From Bacteroidales bacterium (GTDB taxonomy: Bacteria > Bacteroidota > Bacteroidia > Bacteroidales > Bacteroidaceae): a DNA stretch of 64,000 nt. The DNA lies in assembly GCA_012517855.1 (NCBI GenBank), contig JAAYUD010000114.1, positions 13,217-77,216 of the forward strand. The letters run 5' to 3'. The position numbers and the translations under genes were made by a program. The notes beneath the pieces are model-generated. The model saw nothing but the letters and a program-made list of their open reading frames with translations. It made no database searches and was not told the DNA's origin. Positions 55,201 to 63,312 of this stretch are shown here, piece after piece (position 1 is the first letter of the stretch; each line of letters begins with the position of its first letter).

Positions 55201-58106
55201 ACAACTTGCTATTCCAGGAGGAAGTAACCTTCGCCCGATCTCTTCCAGTGCAACAATTGCGCCTGAAATGGAGTGTCTTCCGCGACAAAATACATCCGGG
55301 ACAGAAAGAGGAATGGAAACTCAACATACAGACTCCGCAGGGTAAGCCCGCCAATGCAGAAATGCTAGCTTTCATGTACGACGCTTCGCTAGACAAATTG
55401 ACTTCGCATAACATCTACGGAGAAGTATTTTATCCGCGTGATATACAAAATCAAAATTGGAGAACCTCATACCAAAGCAGATACGATGAAACATACTTCG
55501 GCATCATTAACTCTTATAATATAAAACAATTGGAGTTCGACCATTTGTGGGATGTAAACGAGTGGATAAACATGGCCAATGAGTGGAAGAGAAATAGAAA
55601 TTTAAGAATCGGAGGTAGAGGACTAATGTTGGCAAAAAGTTCTTCTCCACTGATGGAATCGACCGTTATAAAAACTGCAGAAGTGAAAGGAAATGACGAA
55701 AAAAACAGTAAAGAGATAGTAGAATTGAACGAGGTTATGGCAATGGGAATTGATTCAAGAAAGAAAGACGAAGCAACGTCTGGTCAACAGCCTATACGTT
55801 CGAACTTTGCCGAAACAGCATTCTTCTATCCCAGCCTCCGCACCGATTCCAAGGGAGATGTATCTATCGTATTCACCTTGCCCGAAAGCCTTACTCGCTG
55901 GAAGTTCATGGGGTATGCCCATACCAAAGAGATGCTCAACGGTATGCTCGGCGGAGAAACCGTTGCTTCTAAAGAATTAATGCTTACGCCTAATATGCCC
56001 CGATTTGTACGCACGGGAGACCATGCGGTTATTGCTGCGACAGTATCGAATATGACAGATAAAGCCATTAAAGCCAATGTGAAATTCGAATTGTTCGACC
56101 CCCAAACCGAGCAAATTATACTTAGCCAAAGCAAACCGCTTTCATTGGGTGCTCAGAAAAGCGAAGGCACTTCGTTCGACTTCACCGTCAGCGAACGTTA
56201 CGATATTCTTGGTGTAAGAATCGTCGCCGATGGAGGAACTTTCAGCGATGGCGAGCAACATCTTCTGCCGGTATTAAGCAATAAAATCATGTTGACCGAA
56301 TCAATTCCTCTACCCATTCGCGGCAATCAGAGTAGAGAATTTTCACTCGATAAACTATTTAATAATCACAGCAAGACTGCCACAAAGCGAAGTCTGACGA
56401 TCGAATACACAGGCAATCCATCTTGGTATGCCATCCAAGCACTACCTTCACTGGCTTTACCTCAAAGCGACAACGCCATTTGTTGGGCAATAGCATTATA
56501 TGCCAACTCACTAGCTTCGCATATTGCAAACTCCACTCCTCGCATCAAAAATATATTCGACAGTTGGAAAGCAACCGGACAATCGAAAGAGAGTCTATTA
56601 AGTAACTTGCAAAAGAATCAAGAGCTAAAGAATATTCTGCTCAACGAATCACCTTGGGTACTCGAAGCTAAAAGTGAACAAGAACAAAAGGAACGGCTCT
56701 CTACCCTCTTCGATTTGAACAACATTCAAAACAATAATCTGACCACTGTCAATAAATTGCAGCAACTACAAAACGAAGACGGTAGTTGGAGTTGGTTCAA
56801 GGGAATGAAGGGCAGCGAATATATCACCGAGTATGTAGTGAGACTTATAGCTCGCATTCATCTACTTACGGGACAGCCGCTATCGGAAGAAGTAAAAGCC
56901 ATGCAACAAAAAGGAATCGGTTTCCTTCATGGCGAAAGCCAGCGCCAGTACGAATGGATCAAGAAAGCAGAGAAAGAAGGTCAAAAGATAAAAGGTATAT
57001 CATACAGCACCCTCCGTTATTTGTATCTATTGAGTATCACCGATTCTCAAATTCCCAATCAATACAAAACGCAATACAATTATTTCTTGAACAAAATAGA
57101 CGAAGTGCCCTCTTCTCTGGATATGCAAGAGAAAGCACTGGCTGCTGTCATCTTAAAACAAGCAGACAAAACAAAGGCAGCCAACGAATACATGGCATCA
57201 ATCAAAGAACATCTCACAAAAAGTGATGAACTCGGCGAGTATTTCGATTTCAACGACGATCCTTTTTCGTGGGGTTGCATGCACCTCAATGCGCATACGG
57301 CAGCCATCGAAGCGTTCGAAAATGTAAGCAACGACTACGAGACGGCACAAGAGATGAAACTTTGGTTGCTCAAACAAAAGCAAACTCAGCTATGGGACAC
57401 TCCCGTTTCGACCGCTGATGCCATCTGCGCATTAGTCGGAAAAAGTACAGACATCCTATCAAACAAAGGCACTGTCGATATTAGCATCGCAAGCCGTAAG
57501 CTCAGTACAGATGACAGCAACACGACCACTGGCCTTAGTTATCTTAAAGATAGTTTCACAGACCAACCCACAATAAATGCCCGCAGTATCAAAGTCGAAA
57601 AGAAAGATGCCGACATAGCTTGGGGAGCTGTTTATGCTCAATTTACAGAAGAGATCAGTAATGTCAAACAACAAGGCAGTGAAGCATTCAGTGTCAAGAA
57701 AGCTTTATTTGTTAAACGCATTGTCAACAACGTGGAAGAACTCCAACCCATCACCGACCAGAACGAACTGAAGATAGGCGACATTGTCACAGCACGTTTG
57801 GTCATCAAACTAAACCGAAAGATGGATTTCGTACAACTTAAGGAACAACGCGGTGCTTGCTTTGAACCGATGACACAACTGTCGGGATACCATTACGAGG
57901 CAGGAACAGGATACTACGAAGAAATAAAAGATGCTTCGACTAATTTCTTCTTCGACTCGTTGCAGAAAGGCACTTATGTGTTGGAAATAAACTATCGAGT
58001 AAGCCGAGCAGGAAGTTACGAAGCGGGACTTTCGACCTTGCAATGTGCATACGCTCCGGAATTTGCGACCCACTCGGAGTCTATGCGAATAACAATCAAT
58101 AAATAG
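52290..58106 (+). CDS. Alpha-2-macroglobulin family protein (large, no thioester motif)
   Basis: 1938 aa, signal peptide. A2M hallmark RSNFAETAFFYPSLRTDSKGDVSIVFTLPESLTRWKF and TED-like NEDGSWSWFKG. No CxEQ anywhere. Confidence 0.85.
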   Translation: MKIKFAIVTSFLLILFAVNISAQSYDNLWKQILETQKKELPKTVIGLCDKVIAKAKKENNHGQLLQAYFTRMVSKGSISNDSTYSQLKELEQWAATSNQPTERMLLHSILANFYAQYASNNRYEMPTNVTGIKPVEDIKEWTRIQFWDATIKHLNASLEDEKLLHSTNSEKYVPFAKQQWASIYYKHDLLHVLGYKAINSLETFRNVADKNQKVEVSQRIAQIYNDLITIYKQANEESAVILTTLDKLRFEYHLSGNKQKYLSGLEQLLSQTNPSNEVRAEILTAKALYYSQQKKQYLKKALSTYEEAITLYPKYARINVAKQEKAYITRPVVTLKNLANVVYPNSKIRILVNHRNADSFDVLYYRLPENLPAKDIKISNCKLESSQHFILKNSSDYQSKEDLFQINTPGFGTYAVIVKEGNDESYLKKAPERIIRTTKLKVLVMQTDKKKIDAVVVDANTGELVSGASVELANNNEKLIAKQTTDAQGRTTFITNGNNTKIRATKNDDKYMEYQFIYSWYQLYSSEKNTTSYARLITDRSIYRPGQTVYLKGIVYNQTGDSTKVCPTKTLHVLLRDANEQEIANKEVTTNEFGSFNLQFILPSTCLNGRFTIHTEMGQTSFNVEEYKRPTFEVTTDEIKSTYKLGDTIHVTGHAQSFSGIPITSCYAKYTVNRNKYMRWRTLGQQIIATDSVKINANGHFDLPVALTSESQNIDNDNEGEETQVIEAVEGDDDIQSDETTEEDEENGLTYYTFNVNIEVTNLAGETQNGNVALAVGSQSLILNRASEENICKDKAIKVRLEATNLLQKPVDTTINYALYSVKKGEQNNLVDKGSITANNSFDKEEWRKLPSGKYELRMTATDSQGREVKRTESLVLFSATDKQPADESNIWLYIPNKEKNGKCYTDLKHPAQFYFGTAQKDATILMDVFADGKRIESKVLKLSNEIKSFEYPYNPSYKDGISFNFCFVKDNLLFQEEVTFARSLPVQQLRLKWSVFRDKIHPGQKEEWKLNIQTPQGKPANAEMLAFMYDASLDKLTSHNIYGEVFYPRDIQNQNWRTSYQSRYDETYFGIINSYNIKQLEFDHLWDVNEWINMANEWKRNRNLRIGGRGLMLAKSSSPLMESTVIKTAEVKGNDEKNSKEIVELNEVMAMGIDSRKKDEATSGQQPIRSNFAETAFFYPSLRTDSKGDVSIVFTLPESLTRWKFMGYAHTKEMLNGMLGGETVASKELMLTPNMPRFVRTGDHAVIAATVSNMTDKAIKANVKFELFDPQTEQIILSQSKPLSLGAQKSEGTSFDFTVSERYDILGVRIVADGGTFSDGEQHLLPVLSNKIMLTESIPLPIRGNQSREFSLDKLFNNHSKTATKRSLTIEYTGNPSWYAIQALPSLALPQSDNAICWAIALYANSLASHIANSTPRIKNIFDSWKATGQSKESLLSNLQKNQELKNILLNESPWVLEAKSEQEQKERLSTLFDLNNIQNNNLTTVNKLQQLQNEDGSWSWFKGMKGSEYITEYVVRLIARIHLLTGQPLSEEVKAMQQKGIGFLHGESQRQYEWIKKAEKEGQKIKGISYSTLRYLYLLSITDSQIPNQYKTQYNYFLNKIDEVPSSLDMQEKALAAVILKQADKTKAANEYMASIKEHLTKSDELGEYFDFNDDPFSWGCMHLNAHTAAIEAFENVSNDYETAQEMKLWLLKQKQTQLWDTPVSTADAICALVGKSTDILSNKGTVDISIASRKLSTDDSNTTTGLSYLKDSFTDQPTINARSIKVEKKDADIAWGAVYAQFTEEISNVKQQGSEAFSVKKALFVKRIVNNVEELQPITDQNELKIGDIVTARLVIKLNRKMDFVQLKEQRGACFEPMTQLSGYHYEAGTGYYEEIKDASTNFFFDSLQKGTYVLEINYRVSRAGSYEAGLSTLQCAYAPEFATHSESMRITINK

Positions 58107-58157
58107 TGAATTAACGCCTATTAACCAGTTTAGTGCCTTCAGCTGAATAGTTTTTCC

Positions 58158-58165
58158 TATTTTTG
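58158..58165 (+). promoter_or_regulatory. Candidate -7 promoter box
   Basis: TATTTTTG matches TAnnTTTG, 20 nt upstream of ATG 58186. Confidence 0.4.
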
Positions 58166-58185
58166 CAAGACAAACAAATGGATTA

Positions 58186-59262
58186 ATGAAATTGAAAAAG
58201 ATTTTACTATATAGCATTTTATTTGCTACATCATCGGTTTTTGCCCAACCGCGCATCTCATCGAATACCGAAAGAGTTAATTTAAATCGGATAGAGTGGA
58301 AGAAACCGGTGAAAGTGGAATATATTATAACCAACTCCGGCGACAAGCCACTGGTTATTAACAAAGTGATTACTTCTTGTGCCTGCACTGTTGCCGATTG
58401 GACCAAAACCCCTATTGCCTCGGGCGATAAAGGAAAAGTGGTTGCCACATTCGATGCTCAGCTATTGGGACATTTCGAAAAAGATGTGTGCATATATAGC
58501 AACGCCACACCTCATCTGGTCTATCTCACCTTTGGTGGCGAAGTGGTAAATCAGGTGAATGACGTATCGAGCACACACCCTTACAAGATAGGCAATATAG
58601 CTATAGACCGCACCTCTATCAATTTCCCTAATGCGCATCGTGGCGACAAGCTCACAGCGACCCTTGATATTGTAAATCAATCCGATAGACCGTACGAACC
58701 TATATTGATGCACCTGCCAAGTTATATAACAATGAAAAGCAACTCAAATATGTTGCTCAAGGGACAACGAGGTATCATCAAATTGACATTCGATACGAAG
58801 CAGCTGAATGATGTGGGCGAAATTCAGAACTCGATTTATCTGTCGCGCTTCAATGGTGATAAAATCTCCCCCGAAAATGAGATACCTATTTCGATCGTCC
58901 TTTTGCCCGATTTCTCAAAAATGACAGAAGCCGACAAACAAAAAGCACCGATTATAAACCTCACTGATACGATATTCAACATAGCTAAAGACGTTGCCGA
59001 AAAAAGCAAAATAGCCAAAGAAATAACGATTGCCAACAAAGGACTTTCGCCATTGGTCATTACCAAAGTCCAAGTATTCAATTCGGCTATCAGCATATCT
59101 CTCAAGAAACGCATTCTACAGCCCAACGAAACGACAACTCTTAAAATAGATGTAAGGTCTCATACGTTAAAGAACGACAAAAACAAAACACATATTCTGA
59201 TTATCAGTGACGATCCTATTCATCCCAAGATGGATATTAATCTGATTACATCGAAACAATAA
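58186..59262 (+). CDS. DUF1573 domain-containing secreted protein
   Basis: Signal peptide, then ITNSGDKPLVINKVITSCACTVADWTKTPIASGDKGKV, the classic DUF1573 block. A further repeat-like segment follows (ANKGLSPLVITKVQV). Confidence 0.8.
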   Translation: MKLKKILLYSILFATSSVFAQPRISSNTERVNLNRIEWKKPVKVEYIITNSGDKPLVINKVITSCACTVADWTKTPIASGDKGKVVATFDAQLLGHFEKDVCIYSNATPHLVYLTFGGEVVNQVNDVSSTHPYKIGNIAIDRTSINFPNAHRGDKLTATLDIVNQSDRPYEPILMHLPSYITMKSNSNMLLKGQRGIIKLTFDTKQLNDVGEIQNSIYLSRFNGDKISPENEIPISIVLLPDFSKMTEADKQKAPIINLTDTIFNIAKDVAEKSKIAKEITIANKGLSPLVITKVQVFNSAISISLKKRILQPNETTTLKIDVRSHTLKNDKNKTHILIISDDPIHPKMDINLITSKQ

Positions 59263-59279
59263 ATCAAAATATCAGAGCT

Positions 59280-60371
59280 ATGGAACACCCCGAAAATGAT
59301 GCAGAATACAAAGGATTGGCAGTAAACGCCGGCGTAGAACAACCGTCGACTATCAATCCATATTTGAAGCCACGCCCCAGACGCCATTTAATGACAGCAG
59401 GCGAATATGTGGAAGGTATCGTAAAAGGAAATATTACTGTACTAAGTCAGGCTGTCACGCTTATCGAATCGGTACGCCCCGAACACGAGGCCATTGCACA
59501 AGAGGTAATAGAAAAATGTCTCCCCTACTCAGGACGTTCGGTACGTATAGGAATCAGTGGTGTACCAGGTGCCGGTAAAAGTACTTCTATAGATGTTTTC
59601 GGCATTCATGTATTAGAAAAAGGCGGCAAGCTTGCAGTGCTTGCCATCGACCCCAGCAGCGAACGAAGCAAAGGCAGCATATTGGGCGACAAGACCCGTA
59701 TGGAGAAACTAGCCGTTCATCCGAACTCTTTCATACGCCCTAGCCCAACTGCCGGTTCATTGGGTGGTGTAGCCCGCAAAACGCGAGAAACTATCGTGCT
59801 TTGCGAAGCCGCCGGTTTTGACAAGATATTTATCGAGACAGTCGGAGTCGGTCAAAGCGAAACAGCTGTTCACTCAATGGTAGACTTCTTCTTACTCATA
59901 CAACTGGCTGGAACCGGTGATGAGCTGCAAGGTATAAAGAGAGGTATCATGGAAATGGCAGATGGTATCATCATCAATAAGGCAGACGGTAGCAATATAG
60001 ATAAGGCCAACCTTGCAGCAACTCAATTCCGCAATGCGCTGCATTTGTTCCCTACTCCAGAATCGGGTTGGACACCCAAAGTTTTAACTTATTCAGGATT
60101 TTATGGCATTGGGATCAAAGAAATATGGGATATGGTAGACGAGTATATCGCCTTCGTCAAAGAAAACGGATATTTCGACTATCGCCGAAATGAACAAAGC
60201 AAGTATTGGATGTACGAGACCATCAACGAACATCTGCGGAGCAGTTTCTACCACAATAATACGATTGCCGAAATGCTTCAACAAAGAGAAAACGATGTAT
60301 TGGACGGCAAACTTACATCGTTTGTGGCTGCCAAACAGCTTTTGGACGAATATTTCAAGCTGCTGAAATAA
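59280..60371 (+). CDS. meaB: Methylmalonyl-CoA mutase-associated GTPase MeaB / ArgK-type
   Basis: P-loop GVPGAGKST, GVGQSE switch, NKAD specificity motif. Confidence 0.85.
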   Translation: MEHPENDAEYKGLAVNAGVEQPSTINPYLKPRPRRHLMTAGEYVEGIVKGNITVLSQAVTLIESVRPEHEAIAQEVIEKCLPYSGRSVRIGISGVPGAGKSTSIDVFGIHVLEKGGKLAVLAIDPSSERSKGSILGDKTRMEKLAVHPNSFIRPSPTAGSLGGVARKTRETIVLCEAAGFDKIFIETVGVGQSETAVHSMVDFFLLIQLAGTGDELQGIKRGIMEMADGIIINKADGSNIDKANLAATQFRNALHLFPTPESGWTPKVLTYSGFYGIGIKEIWDMVDEYIAFVKENGYFDYRRNEQSKYWMYETINEHLRSSFYHNNTIAEMLQQRENDVLDGKLTSFVAAKQLLDEYFKLLK

Positions 60372-60408
60372 GAGCTTATATTCTTCTTAAACAAACGAAA
60401 AGATACTT

Positions 60409-61326
60409 TTACAGTTCTTTTCCCACTTGTTCAAAATCGGTACGCGATTTGCTCAAAGTGACATAAGATACACCTAGTATAATAAGAATGATGGCAACAG
60501 CTTTCATCCAATCGAGATCGTCAATACCCATCATCACCATAACCAATGCTACGATAATGGGCTGAATATAATTGTACATACTTACAATAGTAGGACGAAG
60601 CAAACGTTGGCTGCTCATCAGGCAGATATAAGCTAGGAATGTACTTCCTATTACGACATACCCCAAACGAAGCCAAAGAGCTACGGAGAAAGTTGAAAAA
60701 TCGATTGAAACGAGATCTGCGTAAGAGAAAGGGATGAAACAAACCGAAGCATATATAAACAACCACTTGCAGATGGTAATAGGCGAATATTTCAAAACAA
60801 GATCTCTAAACAGCACCAAATAGAATGCAAAACTGATTTGTGAAAACAGACACAGTACATCCCCCGTCAGATTCCCGGGATGGCGTCCCGTTGTCTGACA
60901 ATTCAGTATCAAAATAAAAACCCCCATGGCACCAACAAAAACGCCCATCACTTTCATGCCGGTTATCGGTTCCTTTAAGTAGATAGCAGCAATGATCATC
61001 GTAATAATAGGCATGGCAGTGGTTACGATCGAAGCGTCAAGAGCAGTGGTATACGAAAGTCCGAAGAGGAACATTCCCTGATTGAGAACAACACCCAGCA
61101 GAGCAGCAAAAAACAATTTGAGCATATCTTGATGATGCACATGTTCTTTGGGAAGGAACAAAGAAAATGTCCAAAACACTAAAGCCGCTACGACCATGCG
61201 AATCGTGGTCACGGTAAGAGCCGAAAGCTCTCCCAATATCGTTTTGCCTATCGATGCATTCAATCCCCATAAAGCATTGGCTGCCAATACGGCAGCATGC
61301 CCTCTCATATTTTTATCGTTTGGCAT
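60409..61326 (-). CDS. DMT superfamily (EamA-type) transporter
   Basis: 305 aa, about 10 TM segments in two EamA-like halves. Confidence 0.8.
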   Translation of the reverse strand: MPNDKNMRGHAAVLAANALWGLNASIGKTILGELSALTVTTIRMVVAALVFWTFSLFLPKEHVHHQDMLKLFFAALLGVVLNQGMFLFGLSYTTALDASIVTTAMPIITMIIAAIYLKEPITGMKVMGVFVGAMGVFILILNCQTTGRHPGNLTGDVLCLFSQISFAFYLVLFRDLVLKYSPITICKWLFIYASVCFIPFSYADLVSIDFSTFSVALWLRLGYVVIGSTFLAYICLMSSQRLLRPTIVSMYNYIQPIIVALVMVMMGIDDLDWMKAVAIILIILGVSYVTLSKSRTDFEQVGKEL

Positions 61327-61384
61327 TTCTTTCGTATTATTAATAATTTTCTCACAAAAGTAACAATAAAATCAGAAGAATGAT

Positions 61385-61392
61385 TAACTTTG
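61385..61392 (+). promoter_or_regulatory. Candidate -7 promoter box of the ATPase/DUF4435-like pair
   Basis: TAACTTTG matches TAnnTTTG, 27 nt upstream of ATG 61420. It overlaps the TTG start used by the ORF track. Confidence 0.45.
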
Positions 61393-61419
61393 AAGAAAGA
61401 AATACTAATCATTACGACG

Positions 61420-62253
61420 ATGAGGACAAGAGCGAATTACATTCGACGGATAGAAATAGAAGGTCTCTGGAACAAATATTCTATTGCTTGGGACCTAAAG
61501 CCCGATGTAAATATTCTGTCGGGGGTGAATGGTGTAGGCAAAACGACTATACTAAGCAAGTCTGTCAGTTTTCTCGATAACATAGCAGGAGAGGCAACTA
61601 ACGGCACTATTGATGGCGTACATCTCTATTTTGATCCAGAAGACGCTACATACATCGTTTATGACTTCATCAAAAGCTACGATCGCCCACTGGTTCAGGG
61701 AGAATTTACAGCCCGGATGGCTGATAAAAATGTAAAATCAGAACTCGATTGGCAAATATACCTCATGCAAAGACGATATTTGGACTATCAGGTAAATATA
61801 GGCAATCGTATGATAGAACTTTTGGCAAGTAAAGAAGCTGCAGATCATGTAAAAGCCGCCGAAATATCAAAGCCGAAACAACTATTTCAAGATAGCATCG
61901 ACGAACTTTTCAGCTATACCAATAAAAAAATTGCACGCCAGCGCAATGATATTGCTTTTTATCAGAATGACGAGCTTCTATTACCTTACAAACTTTCATC
62001 CGGTGAAAAACAAATGGTGCTCATCCTACTCACTGCACTAGTAGAAGATAACCAACACTGTGTATTGTTTATGGATGAACCCGAAGCCTCTTTGCACATT
62101 GAATGGCAGCAAAAACTCATTGGAAAAATCACAAAGCTCAATCCTAATGCCCAAATCATCTTGACCACGCATTCTCCTGCTGTCATTATGGAAGGCTGGA
62201 TAGATAAAGTAACAGAAGTCGAAGATATAACCACCAACTCCAAGAAACACTAA
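61420..62253 (+). CDS. Compact ABC/SMC-like (AAA_21/AAA_15-type) ATPase
   Basis: Walker A GVNGVGKTT (61522-61548), signature-like LSSGEKQ, Walker B VLFMDEPEASLH, H-loop TTHSP. Start taken at ATG 61420 rather than TTG 61390. Confidence 0.8.
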   Translation: MRTRANYIRRIEIEGLWNKYSIAWDLKPDVNILSGVNGVGKTTILSKSVSFLDNIAGEATNGTIDGVHLYFDPEDATYIVYDFIKSYDRPLVQGEFTARMADKNVKSELDWQIYLMQRRYLDYQVNIGNRMIELLASKEAADHVKAAEISKPKQLFQDSIDELFSYTNKKIARQRNDIAFYQNDELLLPYKLSSGEKQMVLILLTALVEDNQHCVLFMDEPEASLHIEWQQKLIGKITKLNPNAQIILTTHSPAVIMEGWIDKVTEVEDITTNSKKH

Positions 62254-62256
62254 ACT

Positions 62257-63285
62257 ATGTCGCGCAGATTAGTCGATAATTTATCATCAAATTATTTTGG
62301 AGCATCACACAGTTTATATCCTAAGCGCCAGCGACAACGTATTGTAGCATACGTAGAAAGTTACGATGATGTAGCATTCTGGCGCAATATTCTATCCGAA
62401 TTTGAAGATAAAGACCATTACTTTGAGGTAATGCTTCCCTCGCAAACGACCTTGGCTAAAGGGAAAAAAATGGTACTGACCAATTCGCTCCAAGCAAATC
62501 AATTGGGACCCAATCTTATTGCCTGTGTAGATAGCGATTACGACTTCTTACTGCAAGGGGCAACAAAAGTATCGGACGATATCAATTCCAATCGTTACAT
62601 TTTCCAGACCTATGCGTATGCTATAGAAAACTATCAATGCTATGCCGAAGGACTACACGATGTATGCGTACAGAGCACATTGAACGACAGGCAAATACTA
62701 GATTTTGTAGCTTTTATGGAACAATATTCGGAAATAGTTTATCCGCTCTTCTTGTGGTGCATCTGGTTTTATCGCCAACACGACACATACACCTTCCCCA
62801 TGCACGAATTCAATGACGCCGCACGACTTTTCGGCGATGTAGACGTCAACAATCCGCAACAAAGCCTGTACGAAACCGAACGTCACGTTCGATCTTCGTT
62901 GCATCGGATGCGCAACAAATTCGGTGCGACCCAAACCAAAGTAGATGCGCTGGGCGAAAGTCTCAAACGGCTGGGATTGAACCCGAAAACGACCTATCTC
63001 TACATTCAGGGACATCATATCAAAGACAATGTGATTATGAAACTTCTCAACCCCATTTGTTCTGTCCTTCGAAGAGAAAGAGAAAACGAGATAAAGAAGC
63101 TTGCCGAACACGAAGAACAATATCACAACGAGATAACCAGCTATGACAATAGTCAAGCATCGCTAGAGCTGATTCTCCGCAAAAGCACTTCTTACCAAAC
63201 GCTCTATCTCTATCAATGGCTTCGTGAAGATCTGACAGACTTGATGAACGAGATCACTAAAAAGCAACAAGAAAAATCCAATTAA
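62257..63285 (+). CDS. DUF4435/TOPRIM-like protein (putative nuclease partner)
   Basis: VESYDD (62353-62370), CVDSDYD (62524-62544) and YAYAIENY give an E / DxD / E pattern as in OLD-type TOPRIM (DUF4435). 3-nt gap to the ATPase gene. Confidence 0.55.
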   Translation: MSRRLVDNLSSNYFGASHSLYPKRQRQRIVAYVESYDDVAFWRNILSEFEDKDHYFEVMLPSQTTLAKGKKMVLTNSLQANQLGPNLIACVDSDYDFLLQGATKVSDDINSNRYIFQTYAYAIENYQCYAEGLHDVCVQSTLNDRQILDFVAFMEQYSEIVYPLFLWCIWFYRQHDTYTFPMHEFNDAARLFGDVDVNNPQQSLYETERHVRSSLHRMRNKFGATQTKVDALGESLKRLGLNPKTTYLYIQGHHIKDNVIMKLLNPICSVLRRERENEIKKLAEHEEQYHNEITSYDNSQASLELILRKSTSYQTLYLYQWLREDLTDLMNEITKKQQEKSN

Positions 63286-63312
63286 GAAATAGAGTCATCG
63301 CAAATATGCGGG

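Noticed and set aside
56244-56258. DGEQ in the alpha-2-macroglobulin as a possible thioester site.
   Set aside because: It is preceded by Ser-Asp, not Cys, and it lies before the TED region. It is not a CxEQ thioester motif.
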